DNA of 64,000 bases, taken from NCBI GenBank assembly GCA_003221005.1, contig QHTZ01000079.1, forward strand, positions 13,750-77,749, written 5' to 3'. A program made the position numbers and the translations under genes. The DNA is from Gemmatimonadota bacterium (GTDB lineage: Bacteria; Gemmatimonadota; Gemmatimonadetes; Gemmatimonadales; GWC2-71-9). Below the pieces are notes generated by a model. The model made no database searches. It was not told the DNA's origin and saw only the letters and a list, made by a program, of their open reading frames with translations. Positions 1 to 10,134 of the stretch are shown here, in pieces. Position 1 is the first letter of the stretch; each line of letters starts with the position of its first letter.

Positions 1-338
1 GCGCCCACGTCGAACGCCGCGGCGTTCGTCGCGCCGAGCAGCGCCTGCAGGTCGCACGCCTGGGAGGGGAGCAAGCGGTCGGGCGAGCACGTCGCCACGA
101 CAATCGCATCGAGGTCGAGGGGCGTGAGGCCGGTGTCCGCGAGCACGTGCTTGGCGGCGGCCTGGGCCATGCAGGCGTTCGTTTCGCTTGGGCCGGCCAC
201 GCGGCGCTCGCGGATGCCGGTGCGGTCGCGGATCCATTGGTCGGACGTAGCGAGGAGCTTCGAGAACTCGTCGTTGGTGACGACGCGCGGCGGCGTGTAG
301 CTGCCGGTACCCACGAGCTCGACAATGGGTCGCCTCAC
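1..338 (-). CDS. fabH: 3-oxoacyl-ACP synthase III (5' part; runs off window)
   Basis: Manual translation from GTG 338 (overlaps plsX stop): MRRPIVELVGTGSYTPPRVVTNDEFSKLLATSDQWIRDRTGIRERR; TSDxWIxxRTGI motif; follows plsX. Confidence 0.93.
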   Translation of the reverse strand, partial: MRRPIVELVGTGSYTPPRVVTNDEFSKLLATSDQWIRDRTGIRERRVAGPSETNACMAQAAAKHVLADTGLTPLDLDAIVVATCSPDRLLPSQACDLQALLGATNAAAFDVG

Positions 339-1342
339 GCGACCGCGCCCCCCCGGGCGAACTCGGCGCCGATGTCCTGGTTCAGGTTGCTCTGCACCAT
401 CTGGGCCGCGACGCGGACCGCGCTCATGATGGCCCGCGCGGGCGAGGCGCCGTGGCAGATGATGGCGACGCCGCGCACGCCGAGCAGCGGCGCGCCCCCG
501 TACTCGGAGTAATCGAGGAACTTGAACAGCCGCTTCACCTCGGGCCGGGTCACGACGTCCGGGAGCGCGCTCTGCAGCATCTCCGCGAACATGCGTCCCG
601 CCGACTCGTAGAACTTGAGGATCGCGTTCCCCACGAAGCCGTCGCACACCACGACGTCGATCCGCCCCCTCTTGCAGGCACCCGCGAGAATGTCCCGCCC
701 CTCAACGTTGCCGAGGTAATGCACGCTCCGGGCCGCCTTGAGGAGCTGGTGCGTTTCCTTGACGACGGCGTTACCCTTCTCGTCCTCCTCACCTACGTTG
801 AGGAGCCCCACGCCGGGCTCCGGGCGCCCCAGCACGTCGCGCGCGTACACGGAGCCGAGATGCGCGAAGTTCACGAGCTCGCGGGCGTCGCAGTCCACGT
901 TGGCGCCGCCGTCGATGACGACCACCGGATGCGCGGCGGTCGGGAACGCCGCGGCGATGGCGGCGCGCTGCACGCCGTGGTGCAAGCGCAGCAGCAGCGT
1001 CGCCGCCGCCATCACGGCGCCGGTGTTGCCCGCGGAAATGAATGCATCGGAAGCGTGCTTCTTCTGCAGCCCGAGACCCACCGCGATCGAGGAGCCAGGC
1101 TTGCTCTTGACGGCCGCGAGCGGCTTCTCGCCCATGCCCACCACCTGGGGCGCCTCCACGATGTCCAGCCGGCTGCGGTCGAGTTCGCCCTGCTTCTTGA
1201 GCGTGGCCTCGATGTCGGCCGTGCGGCCGACGAGCTGGATGCGAAAGGTCGGAGGCAGCTCGCGCAGCGCCAGCACCGCCCCTTCCACCTCCACCTGCGG
1301 AGCGTTGTCTCCGCCCATGGCGTCCAGCGCGATGCGAATCAC
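335..1342 (-). CDS. plsX: Phosphate acyltransferase PlsX
   Basis: IALDAMGGDNAP, SAGNTGA, VVVCDGFVGN, YGGAPLLG motifs; rpmF-plsX-fabH synteny. Confidence 0.97.
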   Translation of the reverse strand: MIRIALDAMGGDNAPQVEVEGAVLALRELPPTFRIQLVGRTADIEATLKKQGELDRSRLDIVEAPQVVGMGEKPLAAVKSKPGSSIAVGLGLQKKHASDAFISAGNTGAVMAAATLLLRLHHGVQRAAIAAAFPTAAHPVVVIDGGANVDCDARELVNFAHLGSVYARDVLGRPEPGVGLLNVGEEDEKGNAVVKETHQLLKAARSVHYLGNVEGRDILAGACKRGRIDVVVCDGFVGNAILKFYESAGRMFAEMLQSALPDVVTRPEVKRLFKFLDYSEYGGAPLLGVRGVAIICHGASPARAIMSAVRVAAQMVQSNLNQDIGAEFARGGAVA

Positions 1343-1343
1343 G

Positions 1344-1526
1344 TCACGTGTCCTCGACGGCCACCCGCTGCACGTCGCCGTAGTAGCCGCAGGTGGGACA
1401 GACCCGGTGCGGCCGCTTGAGATCGTGACAGCGCGGGCACGGCTGCAACGTCGGCATCTCCGCCTTGTAGTGCGTGCGACGCGCGCGCTTCTTGCGCTTG
1501 GACGTCCTTCGCTTGGGTACCGCCAT
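1344..1526 (-). CDS. rpmF: 50S ribosomal protein L32 (Zn-binding type)
   Basis: MAVPKRRTSK, CPRC...HRVCPTCGYY. Confidence 0.98.
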   Translation of the reverse strand: MAVPKRRTSKRKKRARRTHYKAEMPTLQPCPRCHDLKRPHRVCPTCGYYGDVQRVAVEDT

Positions 1527-1537
1527 GCTCTACCTCG

Positions 1538-2047
1538 TCAGAAGCGCAGTTTGTCCTTCAGCGCGGCGAGCGGCCGCCACCGGAGGTCGGCGGCCGGCGC
1601 GCAGCCGCAGGGGGCCGCGTTCAAGTCGTGGCCGCAGCGCGGGCAGAGCCCACGGCAATCTTCGTGGCATAACACGTACCGCGGCACCGCGAGAATCAGC
1701 TCCTCCCGGACCGCGGGGGCGACGTCGATCAGGGTCGCGTCCCGCGCCAGCGGGTAGGACTCCGGGTCTTCCAGCGCCTCGGGATCGGGGGTGAAGAGGG
1801 CCCCGATGTCGGCTGCGACGTTGACCGCCACCGGCGCCAGGCAGCGGCGGCATTGCTCGGTCACCTGCGCCGAAAGCCGGCCGTGCCAATAGAATCGCCC
1901 CTCTCCCGCGGCTTGCAACCGGCCCCGGACCTGCACCGGGCCGGCCAGGACGAAGTCCAGTCCCGCAAAGAGGGGGTAGTTCCCGGCCAGCTCCCCCGCT
2001 ATGTCGACCGGCCCGCGGGCGAGCTCCCGGATATCGACTTGCAACAT
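1538..2047 (-). CDS. yceD: YceD/DUF177 protein
   Basis: CRRCL and LCHEDCRGLCPRCGHDLN...C.C, D.RW..L motifs; upstream of rpmF. Confidence 0.93.
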   Translation of the reverse strand: MLQVDIRELARGPVDIAGELAGNYPLFAGLDFVLAGPVQVRGRLQAAGEGRFYWHGRLSAQVTEQCRRCLAPVAVNVAADIGALFTPDPEALEDPESYPLARDATLIDVAPAVREELILAVPRYVLCHEDCRGLCPRCGHDLNAAPCGCAPAADLRWRPLAALKDKLRF

Positions 2048-2055
2048 GCGCTGCG

Positions 2056-2084
2056 AAGCTAAACCCTTGTGGGACTTGCGTCAA
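2056..2084 (-). promoter_or_regulatory. sigma70-like promoter of yceD-rpmF-plsX-fabH
   Basis: Minus strand TTGACG-17nt-TAGCTT, ending 8 nt before ATG 2047. Confidence 0.7.
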
Positions 2085-2092
2085 CCCAACTG

Positions 2093-2521
2093 TTACTGAC
2101 CCGAGCGGAGCTGCGCCAGCTCGGCGTCGGGGAAGAAGAACCTGACCTCCTGCAGCGCGTTCTCCGGAGAATCGGAGGCGTGGATCGCGTTCCGCTCCTT
2201 GGACTGCGCGTACAGCTTGCGGATCGTGCCCGGCTTCGCCTCGGCAGGATCGGTCGCGCCGATTACGTCCCGGAGCACCGCGACCGCGTCCTCCCGCTCG
2301 AGGGCGAGCGCGAGCGCCGGGCCCGAAGTCATGAAGGTCACGAGCGAGCGGAAGAACGGGCGCTCCCGGTGCACGGCGTAGAACTCCTCGGCACGGCGGG
2401 TGGTGAGCCGCACCAGCCGCGCCGCGCGGACGGTAAAACCCGCCTGCTCGAGGTGGGCTAGGATCTTCCCGCTCGCGCGGGCCGCGACGGCGTCGGGCTT
2501 GATGATCGCAAGAGTGAGCAT
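2093..2521 (-). CDS. ndk: Nucleoside-diphosphate kinase
   Basis: TLAIIKPDAV, PGTIR, NAIHASDS catalytic His motif. Confidence 0.97.
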   Translation of the reverse strand: MLTLAIIKPDAVAARASGKILAHLEQAGFTVRAARLVRLTTRRAEEFYAVHRERPFFRSLVTFMTSGPALALALEREDAVAVLRDVIGATDPAEAKPGTIRKLYAQSKERNAIHASDSPENALQEVRFFFPDAELAQLRSGQ

Positions 2522-2540
2522 CGGGTGTCGGGCTCGGATA

Positions 2541-3449
2541 TCAGGTGGCGATGAGACGACGGATCAAGTCCGCCCGCGTAAGAAAGCCGACAACGCGGCC
2601 TTCGCGCACCACGGGAAAGCGGTCCACGTCCTTGCTGCTCATGAGACTGGCGACGTCGCTCAGGGTCTGGTCCTCGGCCACGCACAGCACCGTGCGCGCC
2701 ATGGCTTCCTTGACCGGGATCTGTCGTGGTTCGGCTGACGCTCGCTGGAGCTGACTCTTGGTCGGAGCGCGGAACTCGCCGCTCTTGGTGCGCTGCAGGT
2801 AGTCAGGGATGAGGTAGCGCAGCAGCTCGTGGTGGGTCACCATGCCGAGGAGCGATCCCGCGTCGTCCACCACGGGGAGGGCGCGTACGTCGCGCTCGAC
2901 CATCAGCTGCGCGACCTCGCCGAGGGTCGTCTCGGGTCCGACGCTGAAGACGTGGCTCGTCATCACGTCCCGCACCAACAGGTGGCTCGGCAGGTCGATC
3001 TGCGCGAACACGGCGAGCCCGACGACCTGGTCCGCCGTGCGCGCCGCGTGCAGCGCGCCGAGCGTGTCGGGATCCGAGAGGGCCCGGGCGAAGGCGCCGA
3101 TGACCTGGAGGTACGTCGGCGTCTCGCGCGGCGGCGCGACGATGAGAATCACGACGCGCGCGGACCGGTTCGGGTCCTTCTCCGAGTGGAGCGGCTCGGG
3201 CGCGACGCCGATCGCCGTCAACAGCTGGCGGACCGCTTCCGTGCGGAAGTGGGGCAAGAAGGTGTAGTCGCCGACGCTCACCAGCTCCTCGGGCCGGGCG
3301 TTCTGGATGACCGCCCGGAGGCGGTGCGGCTCGGTCACGGCGCCGCTGTCGATGAGGCGCGCCGCGAGCTGCTCGGTCGCCTCCTTCACGGTGCTGGCGC
3401 GGAGCGGGACGATCACGTGGTCCGGCCGCAGCATGTCGCGAAGCTTCAC
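2541..3449 (-). CDS. PTS EIIA-like (PtsN/fructose type) domain fused to tandem CBS domains
   Basis: GTG 3449 overlaps sucD stop; N-terminal LPHFRT (EIIA PHxR motif); C-terminal LLVRDVMT...LPVVDD and VKEAM...[19 protein letters not shown] pair. Confidence 0.8.
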   Translation of the reverse strand: MKLRDMLRPDHVIVPLRASTVKEATEQLAARLIDSGAVTEPHRLRAVIQNARPEELVSVGDYTFLPHFRTEAVRQLLTAIGVAPEPLHSEKDPNRSARVVILIVAPPRETPTYLQVIGAFARALSDPDTLGALHAARTADQVVGLAVFAQIDLPSHLLVRDVMTSHVFSVGPETTLGEVAQLMVERDVRALPVVDDAGSLLGMVTHHELLRYLIPDYLQRTKSGEFRAPTKSQLQRASAEPRQIPVKEAMARTVLCVAEDQTLSDVASLMSSKDVDRFPVVREGRVVGFLTRADLIRRLIAT

Positions 3450-4315
3450 AGCCGCTCCTTGAGGAGGGGGACGACGTCGGCGGGCCGCTGCATGACACCG
3501 ACGCCGGCACGTTCCAGGGCGGCCATCTTCTCGGCTGCGGTGCCCTCGGCGCCGGAGACGATCGCGCCCGCATGGCCCATACGACGACCGGGTGGCGCGG
3601 TCTGACCCGCGATGAACCCGACGACGGGCTTGGTCATCGCCCGCTGTACGAACTCGGCGGCCTGCTGCTCGTCCGTGCCGCCGATCTCGCCGATCAGCAC
3701 GACGGCGTCGGTCTCGGCATCCGCCTGAAACGCGGAGAGGCACTGGATGAAACTCGTTCCGACAATGGGGTCGCCGCCGATGCCCACGCAGGTGGACTGT
3801 CCAAAGTCGTGTCCCGATAGCTGATGGATGATCTCGTAGGTGAGCGTGCCGCTGCGCGACACGACGCCGATCCGGCCGGGCTTACAGATGTTGCCCGGAA
3901 TGATCCCGATCTTGCACTTCCCCGGGGAGATCAGGCCCGGGCAGTTCGGGCCGATGAGGCGCGCCCCGCGCTCGTGGAGGAACGGCGTGACGCGCGTCAT
4001 GTCGAGGACGGGGATGCCCTCGGTGATGCAGACGATGAGCCCCAACCCCGCGTCCGCCGCTTCGAAGATCGCCGACACGGCGGCCGCCGCCGGGACGTAG
4101 ATGACGGCCGCGTTCGGCTGCGTCTCGCGCACCGCGTCGGCGACGGTGTCATAGACCGGCACGACTCCCTCGAACAGCTCGCCACCTTTGCCAGGCGTGA
4201 CACCGGCCACCACCTTGGTCCCATAGCCGATCATTTGCCGCGTGTGGAACGACCCGTCGCGCCCCGTCACGCCCTGCACGAGCAGGCGGGTGCTCTGATC
4301 GATGAAGATGCTCAC
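3446..4315 (-). CDS. sucD: Succinyl-CoA synthetase alpha subunit
   Basis: [36 protein letters not shown] motifs. Confidence 0.98.
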   Translation of the reverse strand: MSIFIDQSTRLLVQGVTGRDGSFHTRQMIGYGTKVVAGVTPGKGGELFEGVVPVYDTVADAVRETQPNAAVIYVPAAAAVSAIFEAADAGLGLIVCITEGIPVLDMTRVTPFLHERGARLIGPNCPGLISPGKCKIGIIPGNICKPGRIGVVSRSGTLTYEIIHQLSGHDFGQSTCVGIGGDPIVGTSFIQCLSAFQADAETDAVVLIGEIGGTDEQQAAEFVQRAMTKPVVGFIAGQTAPPGRRMGHAGAIVSGAEGTAAEKMAALERAGVGVMQRPADVVPLLKERL

Positions 4316-5463
4316 GGCCGTCCCGCCGCGAGCGCCACGGCGCGCTGCACCGCCTCGTCCATGTCTGTCAGGGCCGAGAAGCCGGCCCGCGTGAGGATCT
4401 CGACCGCTTCGGCTTCATTCGTGCCCGTGAGCCGAATGACGAGGGGGACTTTGAGGGAGAGCTGCGTCGTGGCCTGCACGATGCCGTTCGCCACGTCATC
4501 GCAGCGCGTGATCCCCCCGAAGATGTTGAAGAGAATCGCCTTCACCGCTGCGTCGCCCGTGATGATCTCGAGCGCCGCGACGACCTTTTCGGGATTCGAG
4601 CTGCCGCCGATGTCCAAGAAATTGGCCGGCGCTCCCCCGTAGAGCTTCACCAGGTCCATCGTGGCCATCGCCAGCCCGGCCCCGTTGACGCAGCAGCCGA
4701 CCGACCCGTTCAGCTTGATGAACGACAGCCCCGCGGCCCGCGCCCGCTCTTCTGCCGGCGCTTCGGTGGAGAGATCGCGCAGCGCCGCGATCTCCGGCCG
4801 ACGACCTAGCTCGCTGTCGTCGATCACGATCTTCGCGTCGAGGGCGACCAGGCGGCCGGCGGGCGTCGTGGCGAGCGGGTTGATCTCGGCGAGCGACGCC
4901 CCCACGCCGTAGAACGCAGCATAGAGCCGCTGCATGACGTCCGCCGCGGCGCGCACCTGCGTCACGTCGCGATACAGCCGGAATCCAAGCGCTATCGCCT
5001 GGTGCGCGAGCAGGCCGTAGCGCGGGTCCACCCCCAGCCGGTGAATTTGCTCCGGCGAGCGGGCCGCCACTTCCTCGATGTCCACGCCGCCAGCCGGGCT
5101 GACCATGAGGACGGGACGCTGCGCCGCGCGGTCCACGATCACGCCGAGGTAGCTCTCGGAGGCGATGTCGACCGCCGCGGCGACCAGCACCTTGCGAACG
5201 GCGAGGCCACGGATCGTGAGACCCAGGATGCGGGCGGCGTGCTCCGCTGCTTCGGCCGGGCTATTGGCGAGCGTCACGCCTCCGGCCTTGCCGCGCCCGC
5301 CGGCGTGCACCTGCGCCTTCACGACGACTCGGCCCGCGCCGCCCTTGCCGAGCCGCTGCGCGATGGCCCGGGCCTCGTCCGGCGTCGCGGCGACCTCGGC
5401 GGGCGGGAACGAGATGCCGTAGCGCTGCAGCAGCTCGCGCGCCTGGTATTCGTGCAGGTTCAC
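4312..5463 (-). CDS. sucC: Succinyl-CoA synthetase beta subunit
   Basis: [43 protein letters not shown]. Confidence 0.98.
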   Translation of the reverse strand: MNLHEYQARELLQRYGISFPPAEVAATPDEARAIAQRLGKGGAGRVVVKAQVHAGGRGKAGGVTLANSPAEAAEHAARILGLTIRGLAVRKVLVAAAVDIASESYLGVIVDRAAQRPVLMVSPAGGVDIEEVAARSPEQIHRLGVDPRYGLLAHQAIALGFRLYRDVTQVRAAADVMQRLYAAFYGVGASLAEINPLATTPAGRLVALDAKIVIDDSELGRRPEIAALRDLSTEAPAEERARAAGLSFIKLNGSVGCCVNGAGLAMATMDLVKLYGGAPANFLDIGGSSNPEKVVAALEIITGDAAVKAILFNIFGGITRCDDVANGIVQATTQLSLKVPLVIRLTGTNEAEAVEILTRAGFSALTDMDEAVQRAVALAAGRP

Positions 5464-6356
5464 CCGCGCTCCGCGGTGATCGTGGTGCCCGTCTCACCCC
5501 GGAGTGCCGCGAGCCCGCGCTCGAGCGCCGCGATTACCGCACGGCGACCGCCCCCGCCCCCGCCCCCGCCCCCCCCGCTCCCCCGGACGAAGTCAGCCGC
5601 CGCCTCCACCTTGGGTCGCATGCTGCCGACGCCTAGCTCATCTCCCGACAGCAACGCTTCGGCCTCGGCGAGGTCCATGCGCCGGATCGCTCGCTGCCCC
5701 GGCGTGCCGTAGGCGCGGTACACGGCGTCCACGTTTGTCAGGATGAGGAGCACGTCGGCCGCGACGCCGTGTCCCAGGATCGCCGCGACCCGATCCTTGT
5801 CGGCCACCGCGTCGAGGCCTTCCAGACGCAGGCGCGGGTCGTCGTACACCGGCGGGCCGCCGCCACCGCAGGCGATCACGATGTGCCCGGCGGCCACGAG
5901 GTGACGGATCGTGTCGCGCTCCACCACGGCAATCGGGCGCGGGCTGGGCGCGAGGCGGCGCCATCGACCTGGCTGCTCTTCCACGACGGGCACGCCGCGG
6001 GCTCGGAGACGGGCGACGCCCGCGGGGTCGAGGGGGTGCCCGATCGGCTTCGTGGGGCGGGGCAGATCGGGGTCACGGGCATCGCATAGAGTTTGGGTGA
6101 TGACGGTAACAACAGGACGTTCCACCCCGGCCCGGGCGAGGGCGTTCTGGAGGGACTGCTGAATCATGTAGCCCATCCAGCCCGCGGTCGCGGCGACCAG
6201 CACGCCGAGCGGCAGCGGCTCCAGCCGGTCGCTCGCGAGCTCGTTGCGCGCCAGCTCGTCGCCCACCTGGGGGCCATTGCCGTGCACCAGCACGATATGC
6301 CAATCGGCGCGGGCCAGATCGACGCCGAGCGCCACGACGATCGTTTCCGGACGCAC
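5460..6356 (-). CDS. arcC: Carbamate kinase with in-frame deletion of the GGNAL segment and a poly-Gly insert
   Basis: HGNGPQVG, PTKPIG, CGGGG.P, AVADKD, GSMRPKVEAA, GTTI motifs; N-terminus reads VVALG|VDLARA. Confidence 0.88.
   Translation of the reverse strand: MRPETIVVALGVDLARADWHIVLVHGNGPQVGDELARNELASDRLEPLPLGVLVAATAGWMGYMIQQSLQNALARAGVERPVVTVITQTLCDARDPDLPRPTKPIGHPLDPAGVARLRARGVPVVEEQPGRWRRLAPSPRPIAVVERDTIRHLVAAGHIVIACGGGGPPVYDDPRLRLEGLDAVADKDRVAAILGHGVAADVLLILTNVDAVYRAYGTPGQRAIRRMDLAEAEALLSGDELGVGSMRPKVEAAADFVRGSGGGGGGGGGGRRAVIAALERGLAALRGETGTTITAERG
5546..5586 (-). repeat. (GGGGGC)n run encoding Gly10 in arcC
   Basis: Plus strand cg(ccccc g)x3 cccccccc gctc cccc; translates GSGGGGGGGGGG. 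Confidence 0.85.
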
Positions 6357-6364
6357 GGCGGCCG

Positions 6365-6393
6365 AACCTAGCGGCGGCTGCGGGTCGGAGCAA
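6365..6393 (-). promoter_or_regulatory. sigma70-like promoter upstream of arcC-sucCD
   Basis: TTGCTC-17nt-TAGGTT, ending 8 nt before GTG 6356. Confidence 0.55.
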
Positions 6394-8783
6394 GCTTGCG
6401 GCCGGCGCCGAGCAGCCGCCGCAGCTCGCCGTCGAGCCGGCTGAAGCCCTCGAGATCGCCCACCCTCAGGGCGCTGTCCGCTCGAGCCGCGAGCCGCCGC
6501 GCGCTCTCCCAGCGGGCGGCGAGGGATGTGTCCGCGGGCAGCGCGCGAGCGCCTGAGGCGAGCAGGTTGTGCAGCGCCGCGGCCACGGTCGGGCCTTCGC
6601 CCTCGCGCTCGCCCCACGTGAGATAGACCTGCGTCGCCCGGTGCGGCGCGCCGTCCGTCGACGGTTCGTCGAACAACGCCTGGGCAGTGGCGAACGCCCC
6701 GTCCGCGGTCCACAACCGCAACACGCCCGGCGCGGTCTGGGGCGAGCCGAGCAGCTCCGCTGGGAGCGGCAACGGAGCGCTCGGACTCCACAGGAACAAC
6801 CGCGGGCCCCCCGGCGACATCGTCCCGGCGAGGAGCGCGGCAAGCTGCGTCGGCGCGCCCGTGGCGAAGCCCTGCGCCATCCACAGCCCACGCAGTCCGT
6901 CCGAGTCCCCCGGGCGGGGAGCCGCGAGCTCGTAGGGCTCGCGCGGCTCCGGGCGCCAGGGGGCGGAGTCGTTCCGTTCGCGGAGCACGAGCTCGACCGC
7001 CAGCCGGAACCCCTCCCTGGGGAATGGCAGCTGGCGGCGGAGCTCGGGCGGGAGGCTGTCGAGCGGTCGCACCAGCGGCGCCGACAGCCGCGCCCAGGCC
7101 GTCGCCAGAGAGTCGGCGCCGGGAGTAGCGGATAGGCGCATCACCGCCGGGCAGGGTGAGCGTGCGCACCAGGGGGAACGCGCCGCCCGCCACGTAGCCG
7201 TAGGAAATCCACCACGGCGTGCCGCTCGCCAGGAGCGGCGTGGGCGCCTCGAAGCTCGCGAACGGGGCGAGCCGCTCGAGTCGGTCGGCGACATCGCGGC
7301 GCCACAGCAGCACCAGCCCGTCAGTCTGGGCGCGCGCCAGGTCGGGGCTCTGGAGCACCCAGGCGAGTGCGGTGCGCCGCCACCACCCCGCGAGGGGAAT
7401 GCCCGCGGCTCGTGCTTCCGGCCAGGTGTCGGGGGCGGCCACGGCGAATTCTCGGAACCCCGCTCCGAACCAGAACGTGGAGTCGCGCGTCGCCGCAGCG
7501 CTCAGGGCGAGTCCTGAGTCCGCTTCGATCGCCACGACCGCGCGGCCGGCGCGGGCGCGCGCTCCGCGATGCAGCTCGGTCCAGCTACGCATGCTGTCCT
7601 GGCCCGCGCCTTCCGGCGCGCTCGCTCCTCCCCCGGGTGCGGGGACCACGAGCCAGGCGGGCCGCACGTCCTCCGGGCGGGCCGTGAGAGCCACGCCCCC
7701 CACGGGGGCGCGCGGGCTCCACAGATGCGCTCGGCGCGCGACTGCGGCGACGCGGTCCGCGTCCCACACGGGGAGCGCCGTCGCCGCGGCAGCGATGCTC
7801 GGGAAGCCCCGCGGGGGTGGTACCTGGGTCCAGCCGGCGCCGAACGCTAGTTGCTCAAGCCGGTCCCGCTCGATCTTGCCCCCGGGCACGGGAGAGGGAC
7901 CCCGTGCGACGCCCGGGGCCACGACGTACGCGGCGAGTGACCCCAGCACGAGCGCGCCCCAGGCGACGAGCAGCGCGCGGGTCGTATCGCGCAGCCCCCA
8001 CGCCAGGCTCGCGAGCACGGTGGCGACGCCGAGCACTTCGACCAAGCGCGCTCCCGGGAGGCGGACCGCCACCATCGCCGCATCCACACTCCCGTGAAAC
8101 CCGGCTACCGCCTCTGCCGGATCGAGTGCTGCGCCGCGTACCAGGGCCAGCGCGAAGAGGGCGAGGAGAAAGCCGAGATGCCCCCGGGCGTGCGGACTCG
8201 TCACAGGACGCCAGCCGCTCCATCGCAGCGAGCCGATCCCTACGTACAGGAGACCGACGACGAGCGTGGCGGTCGTGGTCGCCCGCAGCGCGAAGTTTTG
8301 GCAGGTGACGGCCCAGGGCAGCTCGCCCACGTAGTAGCCGAGATCGCGCTGGAGCACCGGCTCCACGACGCCGAAGTGGGGCGGTCGCGACGCGAGCACC
8401 GCCTGCAGCCACCAGTCGCCCGTGCCCAGCGCCAGGAGCAAGCCGTACACGAGGCCGCTCGCCACGGTTGCCGCGAGCAGCACGCGCTGCGGCACCGCCT
8501 CCACGATCTCGAGATCGCCCAGCCGGCGCGGCAGCTGGACGGAGCCGATGGTGCGGTACACGTAATACAGGTTGCCGGTGCCCCAGCCGATCGCGAGCAG
8601 CAGGGTGAGCCCGTGGATCAGCCGGGCCAGGTCGCGCGCCTTCAGGTAGACCTCGCCTCCGGTCACGCTTGTGGCCCAGGCGCGCTCGGCCGTCTCGATC
8701 GCCAGCCAACGTCCGCCCACGAGCAGCGCCACGACGACCGCGAGGCCGACGAGTAGGGTACCGCGGCGCGGGCTCGGCCTCAC
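6368..8783 (-). pseudogene. UPF0182 (COG1615) membrane protein, frameshifted at about 7124
   Basis: N-terminal TM region with FGVVEPVLQRDLGYYVGELP; RDVADRLERLAPF; frame changes after IRY; continues as PGADSLATAW to stop 6368. May be an assembly error. Confidence 0.75.
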
Positions 8784-10110
8784 GGGCGGACGCCGGCCGC
8801 CCGCAGCCAGTCCTCCACCTCCTGCCGGTTGGCGGCGAGGGCCTGCTCGCTCTGTGCCTCGAACCGCAGCACCAGCACCGGTTGGGTGTTGGAGGCGCGG
8901 AGCAGGCCCCACCCGTCGGGGAACGTGATCCGCACGCCGTCGAGCCGCGACACAGGATAGCTCCGGCTGAAATGCGCGGCCGCCTGCTCGACGATGTCGA
9001 ACTTGCGATCGTCGGGACAAGCGATGCGGATCTCGGGCGTGGAGACTGTGGTTGGAAGGTCCGCGAGCAGGCGCGAGAGCGGGCCGCCCCGCTCCGCGAG
9101 ATAATGGAGGAGACGCGCGGCCGCGAAGAGCGCGTCGTCGAAGCCGTACCAGTCGCCGCCGAAGAACATGTGACCGCTCATCTCGCCGGCGAGCGGTGCG
9201 TTGAGCTCCTTCATCTTCTGCTTGATCAGGGAGTGGCCTGTCTTCCACATCACAGGCCGGAGCCCGGCGCGCTCGAGCTCGCGCCGCAGCACGTCCGAGC
9301 ACTTCACGTCGAAGATGACCGGGTGGCCGGTGCCCTGCCGCTGCACGAGGTCGCGTCCCAACAACACGAGCAGCTGGTCGCCAAACACCACCCTCCCCTG
9401 TTCGTCCACCGTGCCGATGCGGTCACCATCGCCGTCGAAGGCGATCCCCAGCTCCGCGCGCTCCCGCGGCACGGCTGCCTGGAGATCGCGCAGGTTCTCG
9501 AGCACGGTGGGGTCGGGATGATGGTTCGGGAACGTGCCGTCGGACTCCGCGAACAGCGGTACGACCTCGGCACCGAGCCGGCGCAGCGTCTCGATCGCCA
9601 CCAGACTAGTCACACCGTTGCCGCAGTCCACGACCGCTTTGACCCGCCGCGCCAGGGGCGCGTTGCGCTCGACGATGGCATCGGCGTAGCGCCTCAGCAG
9701 CCCGGGATGCGCCTCCCGGCGGCCACCTGGGCGGTCCGGGATTTGGCCGCCCTCGATCAGCCCGCGCAGCCCCTGAATGTCGTGTCCGTGGATCGCCTCG
9801 CCCGCGAGAACCATCTTAAAGCCATTGAACTCGGGTGGGTTGTGGGATCCGGTGATCTGGATGCCCCCGTCCACGTCGACGGTGTGTGTCGCGAAGTAGA
9901 GCGCCGGGGTGGGTACCGTGCCGACCTCGATGGCAAGCCCTCCGGCGCGCGCGATGCCGGACGCTACCTGGGGCGCGAGCTCAGTCGTTCCCAGGCGAAC
10001 GTCGCGAACGCCTTTCCGATGGCGTGCGCGGCCTCCCCCGTGAGCTGGTCGCCCACGGTGCCGCGGATGTCGTATTCGCGGAAGATGACGGCGGGGAGGC
10101 GGAGGTTCAC
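8780..10110 (-). pseudogene. Phosphomannomutase/phosphoglucomutase, frameshifted at about 9982
   Basis: IFREYDIRG in one frame; ITGSHNPPEFNG, FDGDGDR, GEMSGH, RASNTQP in another; the VGRD.R segment is missing. May be an assembly error. Confidence 0.85.
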
Positions 10111-10134
10111 GGCGGCCACCGGTGGGCCCCCCGC

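Noticed and set aside
5460-9302. 1280-aa ORF suggesting a UPF0182-carbamate kinase fusion
   Set aside because: Product of the frameshift at about 7124 plus stop-poor GC-rich frames; arcC has its own promoter and start
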